In this document: in pieces, positions 55,532-63,603 of the stretch
Layout of the letters: every line of letters begins with the position of its first letter
Numbering within the stretch: the first letter of the stretch is position 1
Translations under genes and position numbers: made by a program
The notes under the pieces: model-generated
Seen by the model: the letters and a program-made list of their open reading frames with translations, nothing else
Told to the model about the DNA's origin: nothing
Databases searched by the model: none
Source of the DNA: Justusliebigvirus alia
Length of the DNA: 64,000 nucleotides
Direction: 5' to 3' (one strand)
Sequence record: OZ035799.1

Positions 55532-55816
55532 ATGAAGATCACAAAAGCACTTTCCAACTATGCAGCACGTCGCGGCTTATGCTTAACCGTTGAAAACTTA
55601 GGGAAAGAAGATTTTTTGTGCTTTTGGGAGCTTGAGAATGATAATGAGTGGATCTTCTCTTATTCTATCTGCAAAGATCAAAATGGTTGCTTGTTAACAT
55701 GGCGAGGTAATATCTATTTACCGGAAGAAATAAAACAAGAATTACCAGGCACGATCATGACTGAGAAACAGCTTAAGGAAGTGATCAATTTTGTAGGGCA
55801 AAACATTAAAAAATAA
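55532..55816 (+). CDS. hypothetical protein
   Basis: 94-aa track ORF. Confidence 0.6.
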   Translation: MKITKALSNYAARRGLCLTVENLGKEDFLCFWELENDNEWIFSYSICKDQNGCLLTWRGNIYLPEEIKQELPGTIMTEKQLKEVINFVGQNIKK

Positions 55817-55817
55817 T

Positions 55818-55877
55818 TTGACAGTAGGCAAACAACGTAGTAAAGTTTATCACATAGGGCGGGAAATGGTTTCCCGC
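55818..55877 (+). promoter_or_regulatory. promoter-hairpin cassette (TTGACA-N17-TAAAGT ... GGGCGGGAAATGGTTTCCCGC)
   Basis: Conserved TATCACATAGGGCGGG element. Confidence 0.6.
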
Positions 55878-55900
55878 TCACAACAAAAGAGAAACAAATC

Positions 55901-56071
55901 ATGATCCCGACTATGTTTTACGTATCGCGCAAAGGTCACAATATTTTTTGGTCTGAAGATTTAAATGAAGCCATGACGTTTGCCCGTGATCGTGTTGCTA
56001 TCGGTGGCGTTAATATTACCGTAACCGATGAAAACGGCATTGAATACTACAACGGCGACGATGAAGAGTAA
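55901..56071 (+). CDS. small hypothetical protein (56 aa)
   Basis: Not in track; ATG ~23 nt after hairpin. Confidence 0.45.
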   Translation: MIPTMFYVSRKGHNIFWSEDLNEAMTFARDRVAIGGVNITVTDENGIEYYNGDDEE

Positions 56072-56078
56072 TTAATAA

Positions 56079-56100
56079 GGCGGGGGGAGTATTCCCCGCC
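56079..56100 (+). promoter_or_regulatory. stand-alone hairpin (GGCGGGGGGAGTATTCCCCGCC)
   Basis: Variant of conserved stem-loop without upstream -35, 20 nt before ATG 56120. Confidence 0.4.
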
Positions 56101-56119
56101 ATCAATAAAGAGATAAATC

Positions 56120-56389
56120 ATGAAAATATCATTGGACGTTGCAATCAAGGCCATCGAATCCGGTTACACCCTGGTAAAAGATGATAAGGCTAAAATAGTG
56201 CATCATGTTAACAAGGAAACAGGCGAAAGCATGATCACATATAAAGCCGCCTACTTTCTCCAATCAGTAGCAGATCCGCGCGTACAGCGCCAGGTCACGG
56301 CGGCTATTGCTAAAAAATTATGTGCTTTACAGGGCACAAGTTTTAACGAGATCCCGCCGTGTTTTGACTGGTCGAGCTTGAAAAAATAG
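56120..56389 (+). CDS. hypothetical protein
   Basis: 89-aa track ORF. Confidence 0.6.
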   Translation: MKISLDVAIKAIESGYTLVKDDKAKIVHHVNKETGESMITYKAAYFLQSVADPRVQRQVTAAIAKKLCALQGTSFNEIPPCFDWSSLKK

Positions 56390-56390
56390 T

Positions 56391-56448
56391 TTGACAAAAA
56401 TTATAAATCGGGTAGAATGTATTTCGTAGGGCGGCAATAGTGCCGCTC
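56391..56448 (+). promoter_or_regulatory. promoter-hairpin cassette (TTGACA-N16-TAGAAT ... GGGCGGCAATAGTGCCGCTC)
   Basis: Good -10 and conserved hairpin. Confidence 0.6.
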
Positions 56449-56469
56449 GCAACTAAAAGAGAAATCATC

Positions 56470-56664
56470 ATGGCGCTTAAAAAACTAACAAGCAATACTC
56501 GTTGGGATGAAATCGACGGGGAAGTATACATTTTCGCCCGTAAACCAGGTGATCAAAAATGGTCAAAGGCTTTTACTTGTCACCCTGCAACAATAGATCT
56601 AATAAAAAGTAAAGGTTTACGTGAAGCAGTAGCGAGAAGTTTACTGATTCCTTGTAAAAAATAG
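56470..56664 (+). CDS. hypothetical protein
   Basis: Track ORF 56440 starts within hairpin; ATG at 56470 after AAAGAGAAA. Confidence 0.55.
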   Translation: MALKKLTSNTRWDEIDGEVYIFARKPGDQKWSKAFTCHPATIDLIKSKGLREAVARSLLIPCKK

Positions 56665-56665
56665 T

Positions 56666-56727
56666 TTGACAATATGCGGTTATCTGGTAAAGTGTACCAC
56701 GTAGGGCGGGGCAATAAGGCAACGCCC
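56666..56727 (+). promoter_or_regulatory. promoter plus degenerate hairpin (TTGACA ... GGGCGGGGCAATAAGGCAACGCCC)
   Basis: -35 hexamer; imperfect copy of conserved element. Confidence 0.45.
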
Positions 56728-56745
56728 ACTAATGAGGGTAAAATC

Positions 56746-56850
56746 ATGTTAGAGAAAATTTTCACGGTTGTAATAGTGGGCCTGGCGTTATCGGTTGGAG
56801 TGATTGCAACTATGGCTAACATGATCCTATCTTCCCACGGTATTGGATAA
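56746..56850 (+). CDS. small membrane peptide (34 aa)
   Basis: Not in track; ATG after GAGGG; one hydrophobic helix. Confidence 0.35.
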   Translation: MLEKIFTVVIVGLALSVGVIATMANMILSSHGIG

Positions 56851-56860
56851 GGTGAATCAA

Positions 56861-57076
56861 ATGATCACGAATAAGACAGGTAAAACGGAATTTTTACGCG
56901 GCTTGCAAATAGGTAAACCTGAGATCTGGCATTGCACTAAAAGACCACGTGACGAAATGAAAGATTTCACCGCTACTTTACAACGTGTTAAAATATCTAT
57001 CACACAGAAAAAAGCCTTGTTAGTAGTAGAAAACGAGATCCCGCAAACCATTATTATTGTCGAGCGTACAGCATGA
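56861..57076 (+). CDS. hypothetical protein
   Basis: Track ORF 56843 starts at TTG; ATG at 56861 after AAGGTG. Confidence 0.5.
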   Translation: MITNKTGKTEFLRGLQIGKPEIWHCTKRPRDEMKDFTATLQRVKISITQKKALLVVENEIPQTIIIVERTA

Positions 57077-57459
57077 AAACTGAAATCATTAACGAAATGA
57101 TCAACGGCTATAAAGAAGCCTTTATTTTTGCCGAACCAGCGACGGATCACAATGGGGAATATATTGAGAATCTAGACGATTATGATTTTTCTCCTAGCGC
57201 CCTGAAACGTATTACCAGCGATGTGACCGCCTTTTGTAGTGCCAATGTTGCCGCTATCTCTGAGGCAATGAGCGACGGCGCAACAGCAAACCAGATCGGG
57301 AATGACTTACATTTCACCCGTAACGGTCACGGCGTAGGCTTTTGGGATCGCCCTGAAATATACACTACTAACACCGCCAACCGCCTAACAAATGCAGCTA
57401 AATTAATGCCATCGGTGCATGCTTACATTGGTGAAGATAATTTGATTTATATTGAATAA
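57073..57459 (+). CDS. hypothetical protein
   Basis: 128-aa track ORF; ATGA overlap with upstream gene. Confidence 0.55.
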   Translation: MKTEIINEMINGYKEAFIFAEPATDHNGEYIENLDDYDFSPSALKRITSDVTAFCSANVAAISEAMSDGATANQIGNDLHFTRNGHGVGFWDRPEIYTTNTANRLTNAAKLMPSVHAYIGEDNLIYIE

Positions 57460-57464
57460 AAGTA

Positions 57465-57523
57465 TTGACACCGATCCCCAGTATGGTATTATTTACCACG
57501 TAGGCGGGAAATGGTTTCCCGCC
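57465..57523 (+). promoter_or_regulatory. promoter-hairpin cassette (TTGACA ... GGCGGGAAATGGTTTCCCGCC)
   Basis: Conserved 21-nt hairpin. Confidence 0.6.
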
Positions 57524-57546
57524 AGGTAATCAAAAAGGTAAATACT

Positions 57547-57936
57547 ATGCGCAACCTGGTTTCTGTTTCTAACGTTGAAAAATTCCAATCTTTACAGGGT
57601 ATCGTTAACAACGTAGCGCCTTTTTTAGTCAATGGCTTGATTGCAAAGATGAAGAATAAACATCATGCCGCATGGTCTGCTTACTGCTTTGACAATGATG
57701 AAAAAGCGGCTGAAATGATGTTAAATATGCTGTTAGACAGTGTAGAATCATCTTTACCGGAAAACATCGCAGAAGAGATCACCTATCGTTATAATATGGC
57801 GATCACTTACCAGGAGGTTGCGCAATTTAATATGATGGATGATGACGAACAACAGGATCAGGAAATTTTCTGGGAGTATGCTGATCGCCAATCGGCTTTT
57901 GATGAAAAATTAGCGATGTATTATAATGAATATTAA
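57547..57936 (+). CDS. hypothetical protein
   Basis: Track ORF 57511 starts within hairpin; ATG at 57547 after AAAAAGG. Confidence 0.55.
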   Translation: MRNLVSVSNVEKFQSLQGIVNNVAPFLVNGLIAKMKNKHHAAWSAYCFDNDEKAAEMMLNMLLDSVESSLPENIAEEITYRYNMAITYQEVAQFNMMDDDEQQDQEIFWEYADRQSAFDEKLAMYYNEY

Positions 57937-57952
57937 TACACGGTAAAAGAAA

Positions 57953-57976
57953 GGGGCGCACTAAGCGCCCTTTTTT
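57953..57976 (+). terminator. rho-independent terminator (GGGGCGC-ACTAA-GCGCCCC + T6)
   Basis: GC stem plus TTTTTT after stop at 57936. Confidence 0.6.
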
Positions 57977-58322
57977 GTATTCTTTTTTCACAATGGAAGC
58001 GACACGTAAAGAATAGGCGTAAAGGTGGCGTAAAACCATCTAAAACCGACTGTAACCGCTTAAACAAGGTAGGAATGATTAATCACCTTACCAGGATGAA
58101 AAAGCCGTTATAAAGCTATCTAGAGCGTTTAAAGCACATAGGAAATAATTTGCTTTTTATCTTGCCTTTTATTCTGCTTTTGATTATTATTATGGAACGG
58201 GCGGCACCTGGGGACAGGGGGAAGATAATCACCGGACGACCCCGCTATATATTGATAGCTAACATCTATCAAACAACAAAACATCAAAGAAATAAACTAT
58301 CAAATCTTTACAATCTCATCTA

Positions 58323-58351
58323 TTGACCGATAAATCATAGCAGTTTAATAT
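58323..58351 (+). promoter_or_regulatory. sigma70 promoter (TTGACC-N17-TAATAT)
   Basis: ~50 nt upstream of ATG 58400, after ~440-bp non-coding stretch. Confidence 0.45.
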
Positions 58352-58399
58352 TGTTTTTAGAGGGTAGAACATACCCAAAACGAAAACAGGAAAAAGAAA

Positions 58400-58636
58400 A
58401 TGAAAGAAGTCATGATCCTCAAAAAATCACCTATTTTACGTGGTGGCTTTATCGCTTACTCTGATGATCTGTTAATTGCAACGGTTGCAAAAATACTAAA
58501 ATCAGAAGAGGATAGTAAAAACGGCGTTTATCGTATCTGTTTCACCCGTGGGAAATTGCAAGGCAAGATCGCCTATGCTTTTGATTTACAAGATGTAAAT
58601 GATAAAATCTGCGCTGTTATTGATTATGCAAAATAA
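58400..58636 (+). CDS. hypothetical protein
   Basis: 78-aa track ORF. Confidence 0.55.
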   Translation: MKEVMILKKSPILRGGFIAYSDDLLIATVAKILKSEEDSKNGVYRICFTRGKLQGKIAYAFDLQDVNDKICAVIDYAK

Positions 58637-58648
58637 TTAACTTTCTTA

Positions 58649-58700
58649 TTGACACCGGATCACGCTTACATTATTATTTATCACGTAGGGCAAATCATTT
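58649..58700 (+). promoter_or_regulatory. promoter plus degenerate conserved element (TTGACA ... TATCACGTAGGGCAAATC)
   Basis: -35 hexamer; CACGTAGGGC retains 5-prime half of conserved element without stem. Confidence 0.4.
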
Positions 58701-58723
58701 TAAACGGTAAACGAGGAAACACC

Positions 58724-59107
58724 ATGAGCAATATCATCAACCTGGCAGCGACTGTAAACGGTAAAGACTTTAACGGCGCTGTAGACCGTGATCCTATGTG
58801 GTGCTTATCAGTGTTTAAAGGCGACCTGGTTGAAGTTAGAACAACCGAAGGGTATAGCGATGATTATAAATGCGAGATCCATTTACATAACTGGTACACG
58901 GGTAAAACTTATGCGCTGAATCACGCGTTTATCGGGAAAATTGAATATCGCGAAATGATCGACGAAGAAACGGGGCAAGATTTTAGCGATTATGTTTATA
59001 TTCGTTCCGAAACATTAGCCGAACGGTTGATCGAGAAAATGAAAGCAAAAAATAAAATTAATTTATCTCATTGGATTGATATAACAAACGATCCAGCTTA
59101 TCAGTAA
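58724..59107 (+). CDS. hypothetical protein
   Basis: Track ORF 58649 begins in promoter; ATG at 58724 after ACGAGGAAA. Confidence 0.55.
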   Translation: MSNIINLAATVNGKDFNGAVDRDPMWCLSVFKGDLVEVRTTEGYSDDYKCEIHLHNWYTGKTYALNHAFIGKIEYREMIDEETGQDFSDYVYIRSETLAERLIEKMKAKNKINLSHWIDITNDPAYQ

Positions 59108-59123
59108 ATAACATTCCATACAA

Positions 59124-59149
59124 GGGCGCAATAAGCGCCCTTTCTTTTT
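59124..59149 (+). terminator. rho-independent terminator (GGGCGC-AATAA-GCGCCC + T-run)
   Basis: Identical stem-loop to 53743; ends the small-gene array. Confidence 0.6.
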
Positions 59150-59354
59150 ACCTCAATAAAGATGATAGCTTTTACCTATCAAAAACGTTCACCGAAAAAA
59201 GTGAATAGATCGCGGTATCGAGCTAATCAAGGAGCAGATGAACAACCATACCATGAAGATCATAAGGCGCTTACAACGTGTTTTAGACCGCTTATTTTTA
59301 ATTTCTTCATGCAACTATCTGGCAAAAACAGCCTTTTTCTTGTCTTTCCTCTTA

Positions 59355-59430
59355 AATGATAATCATTCTTATTTATAGCTGATTATTTATGCAATAAACT
59401 GCATAATGCAATAATGATAATCATTCTTAA
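59355..59430. promoter_or_regulatory. two Fur-box-like motifs (AATGATAATCATTCTTA; AATGATAATCATTCTTAA)
   Basis: 12-13/14 match to Fur-box core, in AT-rich non-coding DNA. Confidence 0.4.
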
Positions 59431-59796
59431 CTTATGACCATCTAACCTATAAAATAATAAGTTATCTAACTAAATTAAAACTAATTATCTTACTTTTATT
59501 TATAACTTACTGTTACTATCTCATTGATAACCTTATATTAAACAACAATAACTAATATAAATCATTACTAAGCTAAATATAATCTATCTAACCTTTAAAA
59601 CTATAACTATAATCTATTGAATTATTGCACAAAGTAACTATTAAATCGTTAGTAACATTACTAAATAATTAATATCCTATTTATTTATGATCTAATCTTT
59701 ACCTTACTATCTATTACCTAAATAATCATTTTATACCGTAATCATTTCATACAATAATTATAACAAGAAATATAATTAGCAAGCGTATCATTAGCA

Positions 59797-59954
59797 GCCT
59801 ATGCCGGACACATAGGCGGCTAATAATAACGCAACTACACACCCCACATAATAACCATCACCGATAGTTATTATTTGTGCTTATGTAGCTTGCAACAACT
59901 GCAAGCGCAACAATATACATGGTATATTGTATTCCCTTACATTGTTGCGGTGCG
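59797..59954. repeat. nested inverted repeats (GCCTATG-N7-CATAGGC; ACAATATAC-ATG-GTATATTGT; GCGCAACAAT...ATTGTTGCG)
   Basis: Perfect palindromes read directly from sequence. Confidence 0.55.
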
Positions 59955-59990
59955 TTATTATTAGCTAATGTTTAGAACATTGGCTATAAT

Positions 59991-60063
59991 ATAAGCTATC
60001 CAATAATATAAGCTATCCAATAATAATAAGCTATACAATAATAATAAGCTATACAATAATAAA
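59991..60063. repeat. four tandem 17-18-bp direct repeats (ATAAGCTATCCAATAAT x2, AATAAGCTATACAATAAT x2), iteron-like
   Basis: Head-to-tail repeats in AT-rich intergenic DNA. Confidence 0.6.
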
Positions 60064-60227
60064 CATCGTGAATAATGATGCTGATGATCATAATGCGCCA
60101 CCTTCCAGGGCGGCGCTATGTGAACACAAAGAAATCTTTCTTGTCAAGAAAAATATTAACACTATTGCGCAAAATTATTTATATATGAATAGATGGTTTT
60201 TCATACTATTGCCCCTATAACATACCT

Positions 60228-60284
60228 CATTTGTTGCAATGTACCTTCCTATTTGTTGAGTATAGTTATAGCCTATTTGTTGAG
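60228..60284. repeat. three copies of (C)TATTTGTTGAG-type motif
   Basis: CATTTGTTGC, CTATTTGTTGAG, CTATTTGTTGAG spaced ~20 bp apart. Confidence 0.45.
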
Positions 60285-60353
60285 CCTACTTTCTTAAAAG
60301 CGCAATAAAGTAGAAATATCTTGATTTTTAGTCGGTTTTATAGTACAGAAAGT

Positions 60354-60377
60354 ATGCAAATGATAATCATTATCAGC
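60354..60377. promoter_or_regulatory. Fur-box-like motif (AAATGATAATCATTATCAG)
   Basis: Contains TGATAATCATTATC, 14/14 to Fur-box core. Confidence 0.45.
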
Positions 60378-60540
60378 TATCTTCCACGGGTAGCACTATT
60401 TCACGCCAGATCATTTCATTTGGCAAGGTGTATATAGATGTTTAGACTTGCCAAGCCATTGATTTACTTAGAATTTATCTGTTTTGTTGTGAGTAGTACC
60501 TTTCTTGCTCAGAAAATAATCAAAAGTCTTATAAGTCATT

Positions 60541-60574
60541 GAATGATAATGCAAATGATAATTATTCTCATTGA
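60541..60574. promoter_or_regulatory. tandem degenerate Fur-box-like motifs (GAATGATAATGCAAATGATAATTATTCTCATTGA)
   Basis: Repeated GATAAT half-sites. Confidence 0.35.
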
Positions 60575-60944
60575 TATTTGAGGGGGACGGTCGGCAGAAA
60601 TCGGGGGGCGCTGAAAATCGCGTTAAGCACCTCTCGCAAGCGAGCAGTATTTTGCGGCAAGTTATTGATATTATTGACTTTACGCTTATGAAAAGGGGGT
60701 GTGTCGAAATAAATCGGGTATACCGGAAAATTTTTGTGGCATAGATATTTATTTGTCTATATTATGTACAAAGGGGTGTGTTAAAAATATTAGGTATATA
60801 TAGAATAATTGATAGGGAAATCCTATGCTAATCCCTCCATTAATGATGTTCCTATGTTACTGTTCTTGTAATAGATGAAAAGACGCTGTATGATGTGTGG
60901 CATGAAACGTAAACTTACAACGTAAACTTATAAAGGAGTCTGAT

Positions 60945-61322
60945 ATGTGTGTTCCTCTTAGCAGTCCACTGCTGTTAGAATTTTACAAAGCATGGATGCA
61001 AGATCATTCCTCAATGCATCGTGAGAATGTTGGTTTGTGTATTTGCCTTATGGATTATCTGGCAACCACTATGTCAAAGAAAAAACCTACGCGAGAAGAT
61101 ATAGAACATTTCAAAATGGTTCGCAGTAAAACGCTGGAAGAGATGAAATTGCAATTCACGTGTGCTGGGCTATCCTCCTTCCTGCCCTTTAATGATGATC
61201 TTCTGTGTTATGAAGATGAAGGTAAGAAACATTCTTGCCATACTAACCCAGAGAGATTGCAGTGGGTGAAAGATCGTATTGCCGATTCATGTTTGGTGTT
61301 AGGGGGTGATAATGAAAAGTAA
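60945..61322 (+). CDS. Cys/His-containing small protein, paralog 1
   Basis: 125 aa; AAAGGAG RBS; motifs FYKAW, GLC.CL.DY, QFTCAGL, LPFN.D, CHTN..RLQWVKDRI. Confidence 0.6.
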   Translation: MCVPLSSPLLLEFYKAWMQDHSSMHRENVGLCICLMDYLATTMSKKKPTREDIEHFKMVRSKTLEEMKLQFTCAGLSSFLPFNDDLLCYEDEGKKHSCHTNPERLQWVKDRIADSCLVLGGDNEK

Positions 61323-61680
61323 TATTCCGTTGAGTAGTGCAGCTTTAATACGATTCTATAAAGCATGGATTGCCAACCATCCGGCAATGAATCGCACAAC
61401 GAGTGGCTTGTGTGGTTGTCTGGTAGATTATGTAGATGATTTTGTTGGTGAGGTAACTAGAGAAGAAGATAAAAGATGGCGTGATCGTTTGTTGGATAGT
61501 TTGAAATACGAAATGAGGAAACAATTTACATGTGCAGGACTGGACTACAATCTTCCGTTCAATGCAGATTGCATGGATTACCTTTCAGAATGTATAGACT
61601 TGGCGTGTCATACCAACACGTTACGTCTTCAATGGGTGAAAGACAGAATCGAAGATGCAAATAATGCTTGCATTGAATAG
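61312..61680 (+). CDS. Cys/His-containing small protein, paralog 2
   Basis: Track start is GTG at 61306; ATG at 61312; same motif set as paralog 1. Confidence 0.6.
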   Translation: MKSNIPLSSAALIRFYKAWIANHPAMNRTTSGLCGCLVDYVDDFVGEVTREEDKRWRDRLLDSLKYEMRKQFTCAGLDYNLPFNADCMDYLSECIDLACHTNTLRLQWVKDRIEDANNACIE

Positions 61681-61751
61681 AAATGCCTGTACACTGTGTT
61701 CCATAAGATATGCAATATCGCGCATAACAAAACTACTAATGAGAGGTGTAA

Positions 61752-62210
61752 ATGAAAACTGTATCTTTGTATCTTGCTAACACGGAGCGTGTACATAATC
61801 TTGTAAAAGAATGCGGTGTGAGTGTTCAATTTAACATAGGAACGCCTTCCGTGGTGACAGGCAGCGAGATGTGTGTTATTGATTTCATCAATGAATATTT
61901 TCGTGGGAAGCCTATTGCTCGTCACTTCATTCGAGAAATGCGAGATGTACAACAGGATTATGAATTCTACCCAGAAATTTGTGAACGCTATGAAACTATT
62001 CTTAGTTCTGTAGAAGATCCAGATACCAGTGAAACAGGTGTTTCCCACTTACTGTGGATGTTGAATGAAATCCAGGATGGGTGTAATGATATGTCTGAAA
62101 CCAAACGCCATCGTTGGCTAGGCTATATTCAGGGTGTTATGGTTATGAAAAACCTTATTACAGTTGATGATGAACGTAACGCTACGCGCCCCGTCTTTAA
62201 TGGAGCATAA
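61752..62210 (+). CDS. hypothetical protein
   Basis: 152-aa track ORF; GAGGTG RBS. Confidence 0.55.
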   Translation: MKTVSLYLANTERVHNLVKECGVSVQFNIGTPSVVTGSEMCVIDFINEYFRGKPIARHFIREMRDVQQDYEFYPEICERYETILSSVEDPDTSETGVSHLLWMLNEIQDGCNDMSETKRHRWLGYIQGVMVMKNLITVDDERNATRPVFNGA

Positions 62211-62211
62211 C

Positions 62212-62427
62212 ATGAAAAGCATCCAGGTGTGTATTGAAAATAATTGTGGTTATCTGGGATTGACACACGTTGCTTTCCCTCTTATGTTAGATGCCGATAT
62301 CGCTTACAGCGGAGTTGCTTATGTGTCATTCAAGACAATGAGCCAAGTACCTGGCTGGAAGTGGGAAGTAGTTGATGTTGTTGAAGGAGAAGACTATGTT
62401 TTCCTTCCACACGAATATACTGTTTAA
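62212..62427 (+). CDS. hypothetical protein
   Basis: Track ORF 62164 overlaps upstream gene; ATG at 62212 follows GGAG. Confidence 0.45.
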   Translation: MKSIQVCIENNCGYLGLTHVAFPLMLDADIAYSGVAYVSFKTMSQVPGWKWEVVDVVEGEDYVFLPHEYTV

Positions 62428-62441
62428 AAGAGGAAAAGAAG

Positions 62442-62618
62442 ATGGATAAACAAACTACTGTGTACTTAGTAACAAAGAATACCCCAGGCTGGAGCCAATG
62501 CAGCACTGTACCTTACAAAATCTGTGCAACATTAGAACTAGCACAACGTGCAGAAGCAGAAGTGAATGCCATGCAATACAGCTATGGTGAAATCATTCCT
62601 TTTACTCTTGAACAATAA
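62442..62618 (+). CDS. small hypothetical protein (58 aa)
   Basis: Not in track; ATG after AAGAGGAAAAGAAG. Confidence 0.4.
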   Translation: MDKQTTVYLVTKNTPGWSQCSTVPYKICATLELAQRAEAEVNAMQYSYGEIIPFTLEQ

Positions 62619-62629
62619 GGAGTTGTGTA

Positions 62630-63082
62630 ATGTTTGAAATTGGTAAAGTGTATCGTTTTAAAAACCCATCTTATATCCGTAAGTTTGCTAACGTGTCTGA
62701 GTGCAATAGCAGGATTGCTTCTTTTTTAGGTGATTCCTATTTTCGTGTATTAGATGTGGATGACTGGTATGGTGTCACTGCTTTGCAATCCTTAGCAGGA
62801 GAACAAGAAATTATCGCTCAAAATGAAGGAGACTTTCTTCAGTGTTACACGTTGCTTGCAAAAAGTGAGTTTGAGTATTTTGTAGAAGTCTTAGAGGAAG
62901 CACCAAAAAGTAAACACGAAGAGAAATACCTGCTTGTAGTGGATGGAGTTCCGATCATGGAAACCATCTCCCGTGAGGAAGTTGAAAAAGAGGCGAAACG
63001 TTACAAACTGGATCGTACACAGAGTGTAGTTGAAGTCTATTCTCTTGTTGGTGTTGCAGATATTCATGTGAACATTGTATAA
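62630..63082 (+). CDS. hypothetical protein
   Basis: 150-aa track ORF; AAGGAG RBS. Confidence 0.55.
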   Translation: MFEIGKVYRFKNPSYIRKFANVSECNSRIASFLGDSYFRVLDVDDWYGVTALQSLAGEQEIIAQNEGDFLQCYTLLAKSEFEYFVEVLEEAPKSKHEEKYLLVVDGVPIMETISREEVEKEAKRYKLDRTQSVVEVYSLVGVADIHVNIV

Positions 63083-63085
63083 TAT

Positions 63086-63298
63086 ATGTGTAATGACAGA
63101 TACATTCTTCGTGTATCTGATAAGTCTCCTATGTTTGACTGGCGGGGCTGGTGGCTACTGGCTCCGATGCAAGGTCTGACTGACGTGGAAAAGGAGGCTT
63201 ATGTGTATACAAAAGAAGATATAGAAGATAACCTTTATTTGACAGATAACATTAAGAATGGTATCTTTGAGTGTAAATTGAAAGGAGAGGAAGAATGA
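63086..63298 (+). CDS. hypothetical protein
   Basis: 70-aa track ORF. Confidence 0.45.
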   Translation: MCNDRYILRVSDKSPMFDWRGWWLLAPMQGLTDVEKEAYVYTKEDIEDNLYLTDNIKNGIFECKLKGEEE

Positions 63299-63594
63299 CT
63301 GTTACAGAAAAACTGCGTTGTATTGCAAAGCAAAGTGGAGAAGGCTTATGGTTTCCTATTGATGAAGTTATTCAGGACTGTTATGATCAGGCTAAGACTG
63401 GCAAATATTCCAAAGCATTTAAACCATCTGTTTTCGGTTTGGATGACTATCCGACAAATGAACAAGCAAGGAAACGCCAAGTTGATTTGATTGATCTTGC
63501 TATGGAAGCACTACGAGAGCGTGGGCTTAGTAAGGTGTATGCTTTAAACACCAAAGAGGGTTTTGTAGATTCAGTGATCGTAGATTGGCATTAA
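63295..63594 (+). CDS. hypothetical protein
   Basis: 99-aa track ORF; ATGA overlap. Confidence 0.5.
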   Translation: MTVTEKLRCIAKQSGEGLWFPIDEVIQDCYDQAKTGKYSKAFKPSVFGLDDYPTNEQARKRQVDLIDLAMEALRERGLSKVYALNTKEGFVDSVIVDWH

Positions 63595-63603
63595 GGAGAA
63601 GCC

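Noticed and set aside
57827-58039. Minus-strand ORF spanning a terminator
   Set aside because: Antisense to a well-supported gene and crosses a strong rho-independent terminator.
43262-58724. Upstream-extended track starts (TTG/GTG) for several plus-strand genes
   Set aside because: Extensions run through promoter hexamers or the conserved hairpin; downstream ATG with proper RBS spacing chosen instead.
59162-59359. 65-aa plus-strand ORF after the array-closing terminator
   Set aside because: Begins right after a terminator with no promoter or RBS and runs into AT-rich repeat DNA; more likely non-coding.
61629-62048. 139-aa minus-strand ORF near the paralog cluster
   Set aside because: Antisense to plus-strand genes with good RBSs; no start signals.
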